From: Catajapyx aquilonaris
Lineage: Eukaryota
Direction: 5' to 3'
Length of the DNA stretch: 64,000 nt
Assembly: GCA_000934665.2 (NCBI GenBank)
Contig: KZ537985.1
Location: 1 to 64,000, forward strand
The position numbers and the translations under genes are program-made. Positions within the stretch are counted from its first letter, which is position 1. Every line of letters begins with the position of its first letter. The notes below the pieces were generated by a model. The model did not search any database, was not told the DNA's origin, and worked only from the letters and a program-made list of their open reading frames with translations. This document shows, in pieces, positions 20,701-36,300 of the stretch.

Positions 20701-21380
20701 ACGCGGCAACAGCTGGAAGGTACGTCTGATGGCAATGATGGAAGGCCCTCCCTAGTTTTCCTGCGGTATTGAGCAGGGATCAATGGCCGTTATTGGAAAT
20801 GGTAAAGAGGGGCACCCATCACAGAGGGGAAGGGTGCTGCCACAGCATGTGATTCATCCAGAGTTAAGCTTACATTTTTTTTGGTATAAAGTTCAACAAC
20901 ACTTCCGCAACTCGTTCCAATCCCATCAGACTGTTCTACAAATAAGAGTAGACACGTGTAGGAATTTTTTTTAAAGATAGTGTTTGCGAAATAGTTTTTT
21001 TGTTGAAGGGTAGGGTTCTGGGTACAAAGGACTGTCCCCCCTCTGAACTAGACAAAGAAACTTGAAATCAACAGCTGGCCTTCATTAATATGATGATACT
21101 GATCCCCTCTATTCAATATTTTGCATTGATCGTAAATATTATTAGCTAAATTTGGTATGTCCCATAAGTACAACATTTCCTCCCAATTTTTTTTGCGCAT
21201 GTTTGCAGCACCCAATGGAAAACACGGCCGGATACCCAAAAAGCCAATGGGGAAGCTGCGCCTTCCCCCCCCCCCCCCCCCNTTTCGGTGCCGGGTGTTA
21301 TCCAGGTGACCCCCCCACGTGGGGCAGTGGGGTCACATGTCACGGGATAGTGTGTGTTACGTGTGAGGATAGTTGCCACC

Positions 21381-24300
21381 ATGGACTTTTTCGGACAGTT
21401 GGTCCTCTGGGTGTCCCTGGCTTGTGTGTTTGGGCCGGCTCATACGCTGGCCAACTGGATGTAAGTGGCGCACGTGCTGGAGGCCGTCACCCTACGTAAC
21501 TGATACCGTATCAATTGTCACGAGCAAAACTGGTTGTAACTCTAGATACTACTAATTAATTCGCTGATATTCAAACCACGTTTAATCCCAATTTTTTTTA
21601 CATAAACGTTGGTTAATGAGGGAAAATAAATGGCCGTTGACATATAGGGCAGGTGTCAAACAGCGTACCGTTTATAGACCGGGGTCACAAAACAAATGTC
21701 CCATTGTTTGCGTCCGGATTTGTAAGGTTAATTCTGACAAAGGAAACCATCTTTAACAGTCTGGACAGAAAGCTAGAGATAACGTGATGAGATAGTAATC
21801 TGATATACGCACTGGAATTCAATCGGTTTTTTGTTGTTGTTGTTGTTGTCTGGACAAACTTCTTTTTGTGGTGAGGCTGTTGTGATGTGGGGGGAAGCCA
21901 TCAACATGGAACAGTAGCACGCCAATGTTCACAACACGGAACGATGTCACGGGGGGAAAGAGAAATGCCTGTTAAATTAATGAGGCGAATTCATCATCAG
22001 GAGCTTGCCTTTAATAGTAGTTCGAATATGATCAAAGTGATATGTATAATTTTGTATTTAAAAAATAGTGTAGGGAAAGACACTACAACAGTGTAGCGAT
22101 TGGTTAAAATATTGCCACTGATATTTAAAAAAAACTAATTTGAAAAATTATGAAGTGTAGAAATTGTGCAAAAATTCACTCAACCATAATATTTTTGACT
22201 CAAAAATATTGCGTGCAATGGGTTGGCAACCACCCGAAACTAACTCGAAAATAATGAAAACCCGCAGTTTTTACACTAGCACCTGCAACCCGACCGAAAA
22301 CCACTTTTTGAGCCGTACAACCGGCTCATACGAGTATCAAAAAAATTAACACATGATGCCCCCATGCGTCATATTGGCGACTAATTTTTCACGCGTTATT
22401 AATTGCGTTGTTTGCCTCCAACACCTTCCACTTCATATTGACTTTACATTTTTCTGCCATTTTTTTCTTACCATCTATCGCTAGTCATTGTGTAACCTAT
22501 TAGTTGCTAGGTTCTAAATTGAGGTGCTAACATCTGGCGACACGTGTCCTTACCGATACTTAAGACGCAAAAATTCGCAAGTTTTTTTAAAGCGCCATTT
22601 CCTTTTTTGGGGAGGAGTTAACCCCACGTATAGGTGCTATTACCGAACACGCATGGAGCCAAAAGGAAATTCGCAATTGATGTAATTACCCTTTGGCTGT
22701 CAATCGCTTATAACCTGTTTCGCAATCTGACCCAAATTGATCGGTTTTTTATGCCCAAATATTGCAAATATCTGGCCTAAACATATTTTAGAACTCTCTA
22801 ATATTGTCAGTATCAAATTATGGAAGCCATTTTTCACTTTATATTCTGTGTTGCATTTATTTGTTATACGTTATGTTATACGTTATGTTATCCGTATTTA
22901 TACGTTATGTTATACGTTATGTTATCCGTATTTATACGTTATGTTATACGTTATGTTATCCGTATTTATACGTTATGTTATACGTAGTTTGTGCTCAATA
23001 TTATTTTTCAAAATTTTCTGACCAGTTGGCGTTCCCAGCCTAAAAAAGGAACAAAGTTGAGCCGGGTTGGAGGCTATTAGTACGAAAAGTACACAAGAGG
23101 GATGCCCTTAGTAAATATTTAGAATCCGGTCCGGTGCAGGACACTATTTGATAAATAATAGAGCAGGTGCATGAGTATCGTTGGAACTACGTCTTTTGTG
23201 TTGTATTCAACACACCAATGAGATGTAACTGCAAAAGTGGTCGGGCCAGGTTAGGTCCATAAATTTAATAACCGCCTTAGTCTAGTTGGTGGCATATATC
23301 CAAGAAGATGGCTTCGTGTGTGGTTTCAAAAGCACATGACATTTTGTCGCAATTTGAGTATGTTTACAACTGACTGTAATTATGGTGCCTGGTAAGGTAC
23401 GGGAGATTCAATCGGGGGGTGTTTGGAAAAAGTAAACGAAAAGACTTAATAATGGGCATGAAATATTCATCAACTGGCGTCAGACTGACAAACATTTTAA
23501 TAGTTTAATTGTAACGAACAAGGGTTGTTGCATCCAATTTTCCATTTATCTCTCATGTTGACTGGAAAAAAAAAATCGCTTGATTTTTTTTTTTAATCAA
23601 GGGAAAAGCATCTGACGTTTGGATCTCAGGAGTCTAGATTCCAACGCCGATTTGGGCTATGCTAATTAGAATCTGGTGAGTGGGAATTGGTTGATTTTCC
23701 TTCATGTTACACCCAAAGCGTCCAAGACACCCACATTGAACCTGTGGAGAACAGGTTTTTCCAAATGCTTTTATGGGCTCTCACCTCCTCTGTTTTTTCA
23801 ATAAAAAGTAATAAAATGTAAAATAATGCAATTGAACCTGTTTTTTTGGGCCGAAATTTCCTGTTGGTATTTTTAAAATATTTGTAACATTTCCTGCTCC
23901 AGCTGTGAAAATACAAGACTAATGGAACTGTAAAGCAGACCACCAATGACAAAGTGGACCACAGGTTAAGGGTGTTTCAAAAAATGTGTAGGACTGAACA
24001 AAAATGTTTTACAGTCAACCTTGAGTCGAACTATAGGGGCTATAAGCATGTACTTAAAGGGCCAATGAACATGTTAAAAAAATCTGGTGTGAAACTTCCT
24101 CCCAGCTTATTTCCAGCAAGACCCATTATATGTGCTCTTAATTAACCATTCCTCTCACTTTCTCCCAAGATGTTTTTTTTCCTCCATCGCAGACACAAGC
24201 AATTGGTGTTAATGGCACGTTCTCAACGACTCCTCCCATCGTACAGCATCGTATAATATTAATTGCAGGGCACAAAAATTCGGTCTTATCAGCTCAGAAA

Positions 24301-27300
24301 ATTGCATCGTAATCTAAATATCCGGTGGTCCTGTTTAGCATCAATTACGGTGTACTACCGATCAAGCATCAATCACTACCGATCGGTATTTATGATCAAC
24401 CCGACAGCCAACTACCCTCTTATTTATTGGCCAATTATAAAAGACCTGAAATGCATAGTTGCATTGTGATGATTTCAAAGGTTGGAAGTAAGTATGCCAA
24501 TTTTCAGTACTCTCAGTAGTCTGAAAGTTTGGTAGCCCAAAATTAGTTCCATGCAATTCCGCATATGGGCAATGGCGCGACCAAAATGGCTGATTGGCGG
24601 CCTAGTCTTGACATGAAAGGAGCATCAGGCCCCCCTAGAAGACTTTTAGTAAACCACCCAAGGAGGTCGAGAGCACCCCCTGCTGGTGTCGACACGGTGT
24701 CAATGGACCCTAGGCTGCCGCTCGGACAATTCCCGAAGGGCATGAGGGTTTACTGTTTGCATTTCACCCAAAAAGGAGGCACTGCTTGCCAGATGTTTCC
24801 AGAATAGAAGAGGGGGATGTTCCTAAACCACCCCCCTTTTTCTCCTAATCAAAGGGATTCGTGTTACAGCTCCGCCTTGCAATATTCATCTCCGCTTGAT
24901 TAGTTCATTAGCTGCCTAGGCGTTGCCACGTGCTGCTGGGCCTAGTTCTATCGGCCTCCCAAGCCTTTTCATTTCATATTAAATTACGGCCCAGGATTTT
25001 CATGAATATTCTCTTGCTGGCCTGCCGTCTGCCACACACTATATTGTCCTTTGATATCTTATTTAAAACGAGCCAAATGAAGTGCCCTCCCCCTTTCTTG
25101 GATAGTGGTTATGAATATATGGGTGTGATAAGACACTTGCTACTAAGCATGGATGTAATACCCAGTGGCAATTCCTGTCCGATTCGTGCATCGAGTTTCC
25201 CCAAAAATTCGTTCGGGTGGAAAGGGGGGCAATCCGGGCAGATTTGGCCCCGGATATAATCGTGTAATAAAAGAGCGGTAAGCCCCTTCCAGTGTAATCG
25301 CCAGTGGCTCCCTCCCCAACACTAATGCACACTTGGCCTCATTTTCTTTCACTCCAAGGCGCCTGCATCATCTATCACTGCTCCCACGACTGCCATTTAG
25401 AATCCATCACCTAACCTTCCCCTAGATGGAAAATTTCTCCAGAGCCTTACAGTTCCTTTTCATTATGATACCCTCCGTACCTCCCCCGCCTTTGTTATCA
25501 CCGCTTAAATCTATATTCATAGGTTTGGAATCCTTCTTAAGCTGTCCAATCACAGGCTAGGATTTGGGGGGGATTAGAGAGTCACTAGCCAATATTGCCT
25601 ATTCGATGTATTAATTGTTTTTATATTTTTAAATGCAGGTACTTGGGTGTGGTTGGTGTAAACCCGCTTTTGCCAGCGGATGAGCCTGTAGGACGTTCAT
25701 TAGACGCAGCCAGGACGGTGTGTAGCACGTTGCCGGGTTTGGTGGCCCAACAGATCGAAGTATGCCAGACCCATCCGTCAACAATCCACAGCGTGTCTGA
25801 CGGAGCCAGGAAAGGCATCAAGGAGTGTCAGTACCAGTTCCGAAACGAGCGATGGAACTGCACCACCAGGAACGACGAACAAGTCTTTGGATACACGCTC
25901 CAAAGAGGTAAGTTCTCCAAAGTTTGACTCGTAGAAGGTAGTTTTACAAGTAGAAGGTAGTTTTACAAGTAGAAGGTAATTTTACAATTTCCTTGAGTTA
26001 TCACGTTTTGCACCACCACACTACGTAAGACCGCGTAAGACCTTCTAGAAGGTAATTTGACAAGTAGAAGGTAATTTGACAAGTATAGAAGGTATAGTTT
26101 TACAATTTCCTTGAGTTATCTCGTTTTGCACCACCACACTACGTAAGACCGCGTAAGACCTTATATCCAGGTGAGCCTCATTGATAAACTCATTAGAGGC
26201 AAAAAGTCTAGCAACAAATAGGTATCATTAAGGATGAAATGAGCCGGAGGGGTGGGTATTGGTAGCCTCCAGTAGGGTGGGTTACGGGCAGGGTTCCGGA
26301 TGATTCCTTTATGGCGGTGCGAGGAAGCGGGTTAAATTCCAGCCGACTTGTTTTGTGCAAGAGAAGGCTGGGCGCACGCTCCAACGAGTCCTCTGGATTC
26401 GAACCCAGACAGCCGTGAGGCATTTGAAGCGACGCCTGGCAAGGGGACGCCTAAAGCCCCCTCTTCAACTAACGCTATTAACTAGATCACCCCTCAGGAC
26501 GACCCCCTTGTGTAGTCCCATCCAAACACTTTCGCTGCTTTGTATGTACTGGACATTAATGGTGTAGTACTAGTGGCGCCATGAACTTACAGCGGTATAT
26601 AAATTCATGAGGCGTATATGGCATTTCCAACACGGAACCTGTCATTTACGTTCGAATTTTTTTTAAAAAAACCGTTATGGAACGTTAAAGGTTATAGTAC
26701 GACCTTTATTGTTAAGATTGTGACCACCTTCAGTACTTGATGAGTGAAGTGGAGCGAAAGGACAAAACAGAACGTCAGATGGTTATCTAGAGAGTGGAGT
26801 TGGGGACAGGGTGTGGTTCCATCTTGGTTTCATTTCATTTCCTGCGGTTACATCAAGTTGGACCGTGTTGCTGACCTGTCGTCTTGACTGCGGTAATAAA
26901 TAAGGAAGCTTTTGCTAATTTGTTTGCACTATAGGAAAAACCCACGGTGAAATTGATGGAGCCTTCTGTTCTAAACGGGATTGGGCACATTGTAGTGTGT
27001 GGAAATTAATAACCGATTATATAGCAGCAGGTGGTATTTCCAGGACTGCATGTACAGAAAAATCCAGTTTTTGTCCCAAAATGGCCTAAAGCACTGCACG
27101 AACATGTAATCGATTTTTATGAGGAGACATTACTTAATTTCACCTACATAAACCCCTCATCTAGTGTCATTAAGTTCCTATGAACCAACCTGCATTTCTT
27201 AATGTCGCCGTGTCATGATTGGTCCTGAACCTTTTTATATATATATATTTTTTTACCTAGCTTCCTCACAGAGGGCGGAATGGTGTCCCTGGAAGGTAGT

Positions 27301-30300
27301 GGTTGAGGTCGTCGTGATGAGTCCTAATGTGTTCATAAAGTGTCTCTCGGCGGTGTCAGTTCGGGATTGGGAAATTACAAGTGGAGGCCGCGGAATTGGT
27401 CTTATGACAAGGCGGTACCTGTAAAAACGTCACGCGAGTTCGTGACCGTACTGGAAGAATCCTCAACAATAAGGGCCAACTGACAGGACAACCGCAGATA
27501 AAGAATTCTGGCCAGAAAATGTACGGTACTGTATGTCAATGGATACACTGGCAATTTTACCGATAGATGGCGATGATTGGAAATGGACCTTGGAGGAGGC
27601 TACAAAGCAGTATTGTGGCCTAAGACGAGGCTATTTTTTTGGCAATATTAAGCTACAATTAGAACTATGAGGAAAATGGCCAAGAAGCTGGCAACAAGAC
27701 GTATGTTCCAACATAGCCGACCTCGCATATTTCGCGCTGGTTTGCCCAACCTCCCCAACCAGCTACTACTTGTCTTAATGATGGATGAAGTAAATATTTT
27801 CGGTTACCATGAACGTTCAAGTTGTAAGTTTGTCAAGTGAACAACCCTTTACAAACCTGGCTCGTTAAAAGATTTAATACAGGTGCGGTTTCTCTTACAT
27901 ACAATTTTTTTTTTCTTTCTTTTTTTCGAACGCTACTTTTACAGTTATAACATCTTTTTCTGGCGTCCACCAGAGAGATAAAGCGAGAACCGTGTGAATT
28001 TCCATATTTCATTTCGTAGTGCTTGCAAGCCTATGAATAATGTAAAAGCATATGTTGCTTATCAGAATATCCAATATCCGGATTACAAAAGTATAAACTG
28101 TGGGTGTAAAAAGGCATCTTGATCAAAGAAGCCAACACAAAATGATTGATGCGACCCCAAAAAATTCCCCAATTGATTAAATCTGTCCGGCCCGATAAGC
28201 TTTGATAGCCACTGAATCAATTCGGAGAAGAGACCCAGTCACACGGCAGCTTTAGTGGGATTAAACGTAGGAGACCCCTACATTCCTCACAGCGTTTTGC
28301 ATCACGCTAAATGGCTTCTTCCTCACAGGGGGGGACGCTTAATTTCCGAATTCCTGGCCCTGCAAAAACCGTGCCAAACTCCAATGGGAGCCAATTAGTC
28401 CTCAACACAACTAGAGATTAGGAGGAATCCACCCAGAGGGTTATACCAGAAAGGGCCGGTTTGATCGATAGTAAATCACATGATTGTTAATACTATCAGG
28501 ATACTATGGTTATTCACCTTGTGATTTAATTTAATTCAATTAACCGATGCAATTAACCGACTTATGCAATTCGACTTATGCAATTAACCGGCTTATGCAA
28601 TTAACCGGCTTATGCAATTATCCGGCTTATGCAATTAACCGAATTATGCAATTATCCGATTTATTTTATTTGCTCATTGTGATAGGATAGAGTGTTTGAC
28701 ACCATGTTTTACATGGACAATTTTTGCGTACTGATGGCTACCCTGGAGGGGGTCCATGATGTGCGTGTATGCGGGCCGCATTCCGGGCGTTGCGTGTCTT
28801 CAGGAGTGAAGGGGGAGGATCTGAAGAGTACCTTCCGGGGGTAACGAGGCACTTGCAACAAGTCCATGCACGCCGGTTGGATGTACAAGTGTCTTCATGT
28901 CATATGTTGATGATAATGACGCTTCAATTTTTTGGGGGGTGTTCCTGCTTCCGAACAAGTTCCGATGGGGATGCATGGGAGTAACTCGCGATTCAAGAGT
29001 TAGGTTCGATAACAGAACCGGAATGTCAAAAATTGCAACAGGTACTGTGGTTGTTCCCAGGTGAATTTTTGGTCTTACCCAAGTTGGCGTCAACCATGGT
29101 ACAAGTGGCATGCGCGACAAAAATTCCACCGAGACGTTTGATGAATCGGTAAAGAGGTTGGAGGGAAGATTCCTTAAGGTAAAAAAAAAGCTGGCATCAG
29201 CTACCACAGAAGACACCCTTTTCAGCCTGGTTGATTCTGAGGCTGAGATCTTTTGTTGACGCTTTTCTTACGAGTTGGTGGTAACAATAGCAAATTGTGA
29301 ACCAAGCGGTTTTAAGCCCAAAAAAATTTGTCGGCATTTTTACCACACAATTTTTTTTTCTGGTTGCAAAGTAATTAAATCTCATTTGTGTTAGGCAGCA
29401 CGCCCTTAAGTAGACGCAATAACATGCTCTAAATCTCATGGTTGCAAACAAATGGCAGAAACGTCCCCCATTCGTTTTGTCCCAGGTCTGAATAGAACGA
29501 CGGCTTTGTGGTGTTGCCATCATCCATCACTGAAGAGGTGGCTCCTCTTAGCCTGAATAGAGCTTAGCTACTTGGTTGGAGGTCAAAAATAACAGTTTTT
29601 TTTTCTCTCTACCTCTTATACAAGCAACATCGACATTGGCGGTTTTGTGTAATTCCCAGCTAGGGATACAGCAGGTTCTCGCTAAGATTAACGAGGGTGG
29701 GAACAAGAAAAGGAGTGTCACCTGCACACGTACGGTTTCTTTTATTTTGAAACGTGCTGTGGAAAATTATTTGGCACTTTTGAATACAGTTGGCAGTGTA
29801 TAGTGCTTTATGTATGTGGTCATGGGGGATCAAGGAAAATATTGCCACGCTTAGAATCCAACCGGATGAGAGCCAAGATGTTACACACGTGTAATTCGTG
29901 ATACATTTTCTCTCAGAAATTTTCTTGGAAGAAACCCACAGGCGTGGTCACACCATTAAACGTATGGGTGGGTGACTCCTAAAAACCGGCGGAAAATTAG
30001 CGGCCGATTAGTTTCTGGTCTTTTTGTAGCCATTAAAAGGTAGGGAGTCTTCCTTTTTTACTAACCATCTACTAGTAGGAAAAGGACACGAAAACGCGTT
30101 TAGTTCTAATCGGTCGGACGAACCTTCTCAAATGAATTCTCCGATACGCACGCACATGGGTATTCTTCCGATATAACGGGAAACCGCCTTAATAAAAAGC
30201 CCGACTTGTCTTTGTGTCCTGACACAGCCGGGGGTGAAGGTGGTATCACATTCTCTCAACTACCATTCGGTTCGGCCTGAGTGTTTTCACACCCACTTCG

Positions 30301-33300
30301 TGAGATTCGAGGGTAAAACCTCCTTAGTCAACGCCCGTCATCAAAAAAACGGTTCGGTTTTTTAAAAAGGTAAGACGACCTGTGGTATTTACTGCGTGAA
30401 TCTATTGGGTTCGAAATAAATTGTGCGTAAGGTCACATATTTTACGACATGCGTAAATTATATGACCCAAGGACGTGGATTGACATTTAAGATTTCTATT
30501 TGTGTAAATATCATGTTTTCCTTGAAACACTATCGTTGCTCATTAGCCGTAAATGTAAATACACTACTGAATTGCAGATTAACTAAAATTTTGTGAGTTA
30601 CTAGCAAGGTCAGTTTTGAAAAACTGGGAAACTGCCCAATTTAAGCACCTTGGGTGGGCTTGTCCAATAGGTAGCTAGTGGCCCGTAGATAATTACAGAC
30701 CAATAGCCCAAATGAGCCTTCAGGAGGGGTGGCCCAGGTGCATCTAGACACCTTTTATATTTTTAGGGAGCCCCCCCGCCCCCCCCCCCAATATTCACGT
30801 CGTGTGTCACGTTTTTCTAGGCCTAGCTGAAGACATCTGTAACCACCCCCATTCATCACATCCGCGACTTCGGCATTTCAGACACGAAGGTTCTACCCTC
30901 TGGGGTTCTCACTGCAAATTGAGGGGTTTGGAACCGGGGTCAGAATGGAATAGAAGAAGAAAAAAAAACAGGACCTGAGCTTGGGAGCGCCATTTGGATC
31001 CGGGCGTGGCGAATCACATTGGTTCCTGGCCGACGGAGCCAGTCATTGGGATTGGGAGGCCATAATGGGTACCCCCCTCCATTGGACCCCAACTGCCTCC
31101 AGAGGCCATCGTGTATCAACGACAGACGATAAATCTGCGACTTTTCCCCCTCTGGTACATGTCAGCCATTTTGGATTTGCTTAAGTCCCCCTCCCCCACC
31201 CCCAAAAGTATATAAAATGGCCGATGGAGCAAAAGTTCGAAGCGAATTGCGAATCATTTATCATCTCTCGATTAGTTCCATGGCTATGAAGTATTAGTGG
31301 AGATGAAAGACTGATGGTTCAATTATGCAGTATGTAAATATATAGGGGTTTAATCAATGCAAAAATATGACAACTCAGTGCTGTTTTGGACAACTTAATT
31401 ATGTAGCACAGCGTGACCCAGTCGTCACCGGGGCGCGACACAATTCATGGCCCGGGATATATTGCCAATATGTGCCAAACTCAAATCTGATGCAATAGTG
31501 GCCCACCCATATGGTATGCTAATATGTGGGGGGTGGGGTATGTAATAATTTGTGGTTTGAAACCGGAGATTAGTTACACTTTTGAACTAATTTGTGGGGC
31601 TAAGCCAGGGTGGATGTCAATTTGTCGAAACGATTACCTGGTACATAATATGCATATATGTTTCCAATTATTTATTGGCAAAATTCCATGTTTTCCACGT
31701 GTCTAATCCTATTGTATCTAGCACTGATTTCTCCCCGTTTACCTTTCCCCTGGCAGTGACATAAGGTTACGACCCATCCGAAGTATCTCCTAAACCCCTA
31801 CGGAATGGGCCAAAATAGTCCCAAAGGGACACTCACATAGCTAACTGACGCTTTGAACTACCAGTCACCTGACCCCTTTTCAATAGTTTTTTTCACATGT
31901 TCTTATCCGCGTTCCTTACATTCCTGAGTGTTGGGGTCGGAAAACGAACCGGAACCACTTGGCAAAGCTGCTAATTGATTCTACCTAAGGGACCACCAAC
32001 ATAGTAATTTTGTTTATATATTTAAAAATCTGATGTGTGTGAATTTTGTTGGCAGGGAGTAAAGAGACAGCCTTCATCTACGCAGTCACCAGTGCTGGAG
32101 TGGTACATGCAGTGACCCAAGCATGTACCTCTGGAAACTTGACCGAATGCAGTTGTGACATGGGTCGACATGGACTAGCCACACCTGAAGGCTGGAAATG
32201 GGGTGGATGCAGGTATGTTTGCACATTTTGTCTAAGGTGACACTTGGTAGAAAACAAAAACCTGACTTCCTCCAACTTGGGTGGTTGGGTAAGGTGGTGG
32301 GCGTGTGCATGAGGAATTAATGGACAGCTGACGGATAGAGAAGAGGCAGCCAGCAGGCTCACTGAAAGATGAGTGGGAGCTTTGGGATGTGTGCACTTGG
32401 CGCCCTAGCCAAGTATCAATCATGACCAGGGGTTGTGATGGGGGAGGTCACACCTGCTGGTGACAAGCAGTGGTTCGCAGCAATTCAGCATAGCATGGAA
32501 GATGGCTGAAATTCTAGGGGAATATCGACTATGTCAGACAGATTTCATGAAAATATGAAAGCACAAAGGGTATGTCCAGAAGATGAAAGTTGCGGAAGGG
32601 CATTCCGTGAAACGTCATGTATTATGACTCTAAAAGGACGCAGTAGCTCAACCTGTCATAACCTAACCGCAGGAAATGTTGCGCCGCATTTTTCTCGTAT
32701 ACACCTATACACACCTATACACCTTACTGTATAGAACCTAACTGAATTACGAAACTCTCTTCATAAACCCAACAATTACTATTCATTTCACGTCCACATT
32801 GTAACGATTGCTACAATTGATTCCACTTAATTTCTATCCGAATTATTTTATCGCCCTGTCGTAAGGCATTCAGTGGATATAGAGAACGGTTGGCAAAACC
32901 ATTCCCCCCAATTCGTGATCAAAAAGCCTTGTTTTACCACTGCAATTTCCTCACAGAAACCGTCCAATTATCCAAGCCATAAATCGAACCAGTTTTGGAG
33001 TATTCCGCCATTTTCCTCGTTTTCTAGTAGCAGAATATAACTCTGCAAGAGCACGTGGAAACACATGGACAGGTCACAAGAGGGTCTAACATTTTTCCAT
33101 GATAAAAATCAGTGTTCCCCCGTTGGGAAAACAGTCCGCCAGAAAGCTATGCGATACCATCTCCCTTTTTTCATAAGGGAGGGAGCGGTATTTAAAAAAA
33201 AAAACGAAAAAAAGCTACGGGGAGACTTGTACCGCCTATATCCATCTTTTTATAGAATATAGCAAAAGAGGTCTGATAATTTCCATGTGACGTGAGGATC

Positions 33301-36300
33301 TTGATCGGCAATCTGGAGATCAATCATTGGTCCCCCTTTGATACCCTCCGTTTCCGACGCGATTCGTTTCCTAGGGGCTGTGTCCATTTTTTCTGGAAGG
33401 CTCATCCGTCAGCCATGGTTCCAAAGAAGGAGGCTCTAGGGGCGACAGAAGGCAATTGAAAGTTCAGGCACTTGAACCTCTGCACGTGACGTCACTGATG
33501 GTGCTGATGGATTGGCAAAATGTTTCGCTGGGGATACTAGGGACAGAGGGGTGAGATTGCTCCTGTAAAACTTAGGTGGGCGTCCGCTAGGGGGCTGTGA
33601 GGTCCGACTGTGATTCATAGATGTCCCTTTGAGACACCATGTATATTTTGTCAGTTCAGTAAACGTTTTATACAATAAATGCCATAATAGCAAATAATGA
33701 CAGTTAAACAATAAGTTAGCTAATAAATATAATAATAGCTAATGAAATCATAATAAATGACTAATGAATCATAACAAAATAACTAATAGGTACATTATAT
33801 AAATTATAATAAAAATGTTTACGAAACGGATTATAATAATCCGTTTCGTAAGCATTTTTGGGCAATTTTTGGCATATTAAATGTACCATTCAAAATAGTA
33901 CTTCATGGATAACCTGTGTTACAAGTAGGCTAATTAAAAAGGTGTTAGAATCTAATATAGCAAATGATGTACAGCCACTTCCTGGCCAGCCTTCATCATG
34001 CCACCTTCGAAACATGACGTCACAATAATAAACGTCAGGTTTAACGTTAACACCTGCCAACTATTCGTTTATAATTAGCACCAAAATATGTAGAAATATG
34101 AGTTCCACGACGACAGTACCGGTATTCATAAAGTAGTTAAAATTTTCATCGCGCGACTATACAAGTTTTTTTTATTTTTTTATTTTTTTGAAGAAGAAAA
34201 CTCCGGTGTGGTCCCCATCATGTTCATGCTGCAAGTGACTTGGGGAAGATCCCAAATGCCACACTAGTCTTTCTGCAGAAATTTATTTCGGGGAGGTTTG
34301 GTCGTGCTTAAAGTGGTGCCTAAATCACGTGACCCAGCCCGCCCACTGGCGGCCAATTAGGCAGCTGCGATGGATGCGACATTGATGGCAGGAAGCGAAC
34401 TTTAAAAAAATAATAAGTGACATCTCTCGGTGGAAAATAAACTGTTATTTACCATTCAAAAATAACAATGTTACAAATTAGTTGATAATATTTGTTAAGA
34501 TAACTAATAATTTATAACTTAATATATTTTAACAAAATATTTGGTTATTTCTGTTCTTTCTTATCCCCCTCTATGATCGATCGTTTTCGACCCTTCTGGG
34601 TGTTATTCGCGCCTTAATGGCCCGTGTTTCCATTGCTCAAACTTTTGGTGCAACTAATTAGGTCTTAATCATCATTGAAAATTCTAATGATAATGAGGGC
34701 GCTCATTACGAAACCCGGTTTCATATTTTTATGAAGATGGTTGCGTTTCAGGCGGTCATTAGAGGGGCGAGTTTGAACAAAAACAGATTTTTTTTGGGGG
34801 GGGAGGGAAGGGGAGTTACTTAGCGCTGGGGGTAATTAATCCAGCTTCATTTGTCATCAACATAAAAGGGCCCTTTCATTGTTTAAAATTTGTGTCAAAA
34901 AACCTCCAAATCTGGAATCCGATAAGGCGACAAAAAAAACTGTGGCATTTGTACCTGAGAAAAGACCGGACGTTTTGGTAACAATAAAATTAACCAACCA
35001 GTTTTTACGGCGTAAACTTGGAATGAAGTGCAAGGGCCTAAGATTTACGAGGACAGTAAAGATGGGGGCTTCATCCTGTAGGGAAAGTGGTCCAGCATTA
35101 TTCGCTGGGATAAAAAGAAACTTGCGTGATGTTCCTCAGGCCTGCAAACCTACCAAATCACGCGATAAGTGCTGGTAGAAAAATATATTATTATTTTTTT
35201 TAAAAAAATATTTTTTTGAGTAAGAAGGGTCGTCGACAGAGACAGATTAGATAAGAGGTCCCCCCCATTTTTTGAGCCAAAAAATTATTTCCGCCTTTCC
35301 AAAACGCGAGTTTCTTGACAATACGATAACTCATCTCCGGTGTTCGCATGACCCATCAGGATGAATTTTTTCGTATGAACTGGTGTTACGTCACATGCCC
35401 AAATCTGCCAGAATAACACGCGATGTTTCGAGAATTTTAACCTCCTAGAAGCAGTGTTACATAACACTTCTTCTGAATACAAAAAAATTACAAAAAAATT
35501 ACATAACAGAAAATTATCCACTTCCAGCCGATAGAAGGCACTAGTGGCGTCCCTCTAGCGGCTAGTACCCCCAACATTGCTTTGTAAAGCTATTTCCAAC
35601 CAACTATTTGTTTTTTTCCCACACAAAAAATCTGCCATCCATCCGGCTAACTCTATGCACACATAGCCATCCGCCACATATAATGAGGTGGGGGTCCGGT
35701 ACATATATGGACAGATGGCCTGGCCTCCTTTCGGGCCATGAGGCAAGCCAGCAAGCAACAAGGCAAAAGCCGCAGATGGAATAAAAGGGCCAGGCCATGG
35801 AGAAAATATACGGGACAGCGGTTCCTGACTACCCTCAAGCTATATACTTTTGGGGAAAGCAGCGCTCGAAAATCAACAAACTCCGGGAAAACCGAACTCG
35901 CATAAGGCTTCCAGCTCTTTTGTCCCACAACAGAAACCTCACAACATGAACAGCCTATCTCTCATTAGTAATCTGTGGAAAATATTACCGGAAGGAACAT
36001 TTTAATTAGCGATCTGAATGGACAGTCAAGGTTTCTAGGTATCGCCTACATGTATCGCTAAATGTCTTACTACACTATTATCAGAATTACATGCTTAAGT
36101 ACTAATTTTTTGTGTACGGTGTAGTCACGCACGACCTTCATCTAATACCCGCAGGTACTAATACGAGTATTTTATTTACAGCGACAACATACGGTTTGGA
36201 ATACAATTTGCCCGGAAATTTGTGGACGCTCCGGAGAGAATAAAGCATAAGGAATCCCGCAACGTGCGAAACCTTATGAACCTGCATAACAACGAAGCTG

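Noticed and set aside
21265..21282. Poly-C runs containing N (also ~40823-40839, ~52582-52613, ~59263-59290)
   Set aside because: Sequencing or assembly uncertainty in homopolymers, not interpretable as biology.
22737..23043. ORFs with YVIRYVIR / YVMLYVML repeats
   Set aside because: Translations of an intronic minisatellite.
28800..29523. Two minus-strand ORFs (138 and 108 aa) in Wnt16 intron 2 as nested genes
   Set aside because: No recognisable domain, signal peptide or convincing splice structure.
24848..33342. Scattered TCF/LEF-like CTTTGAT/ATCAAAG sites in Wnt16 introns as autoregulation
   Set aside because: Short motifs expected by chance at this density in AT-rich DNA; no clustering evident.
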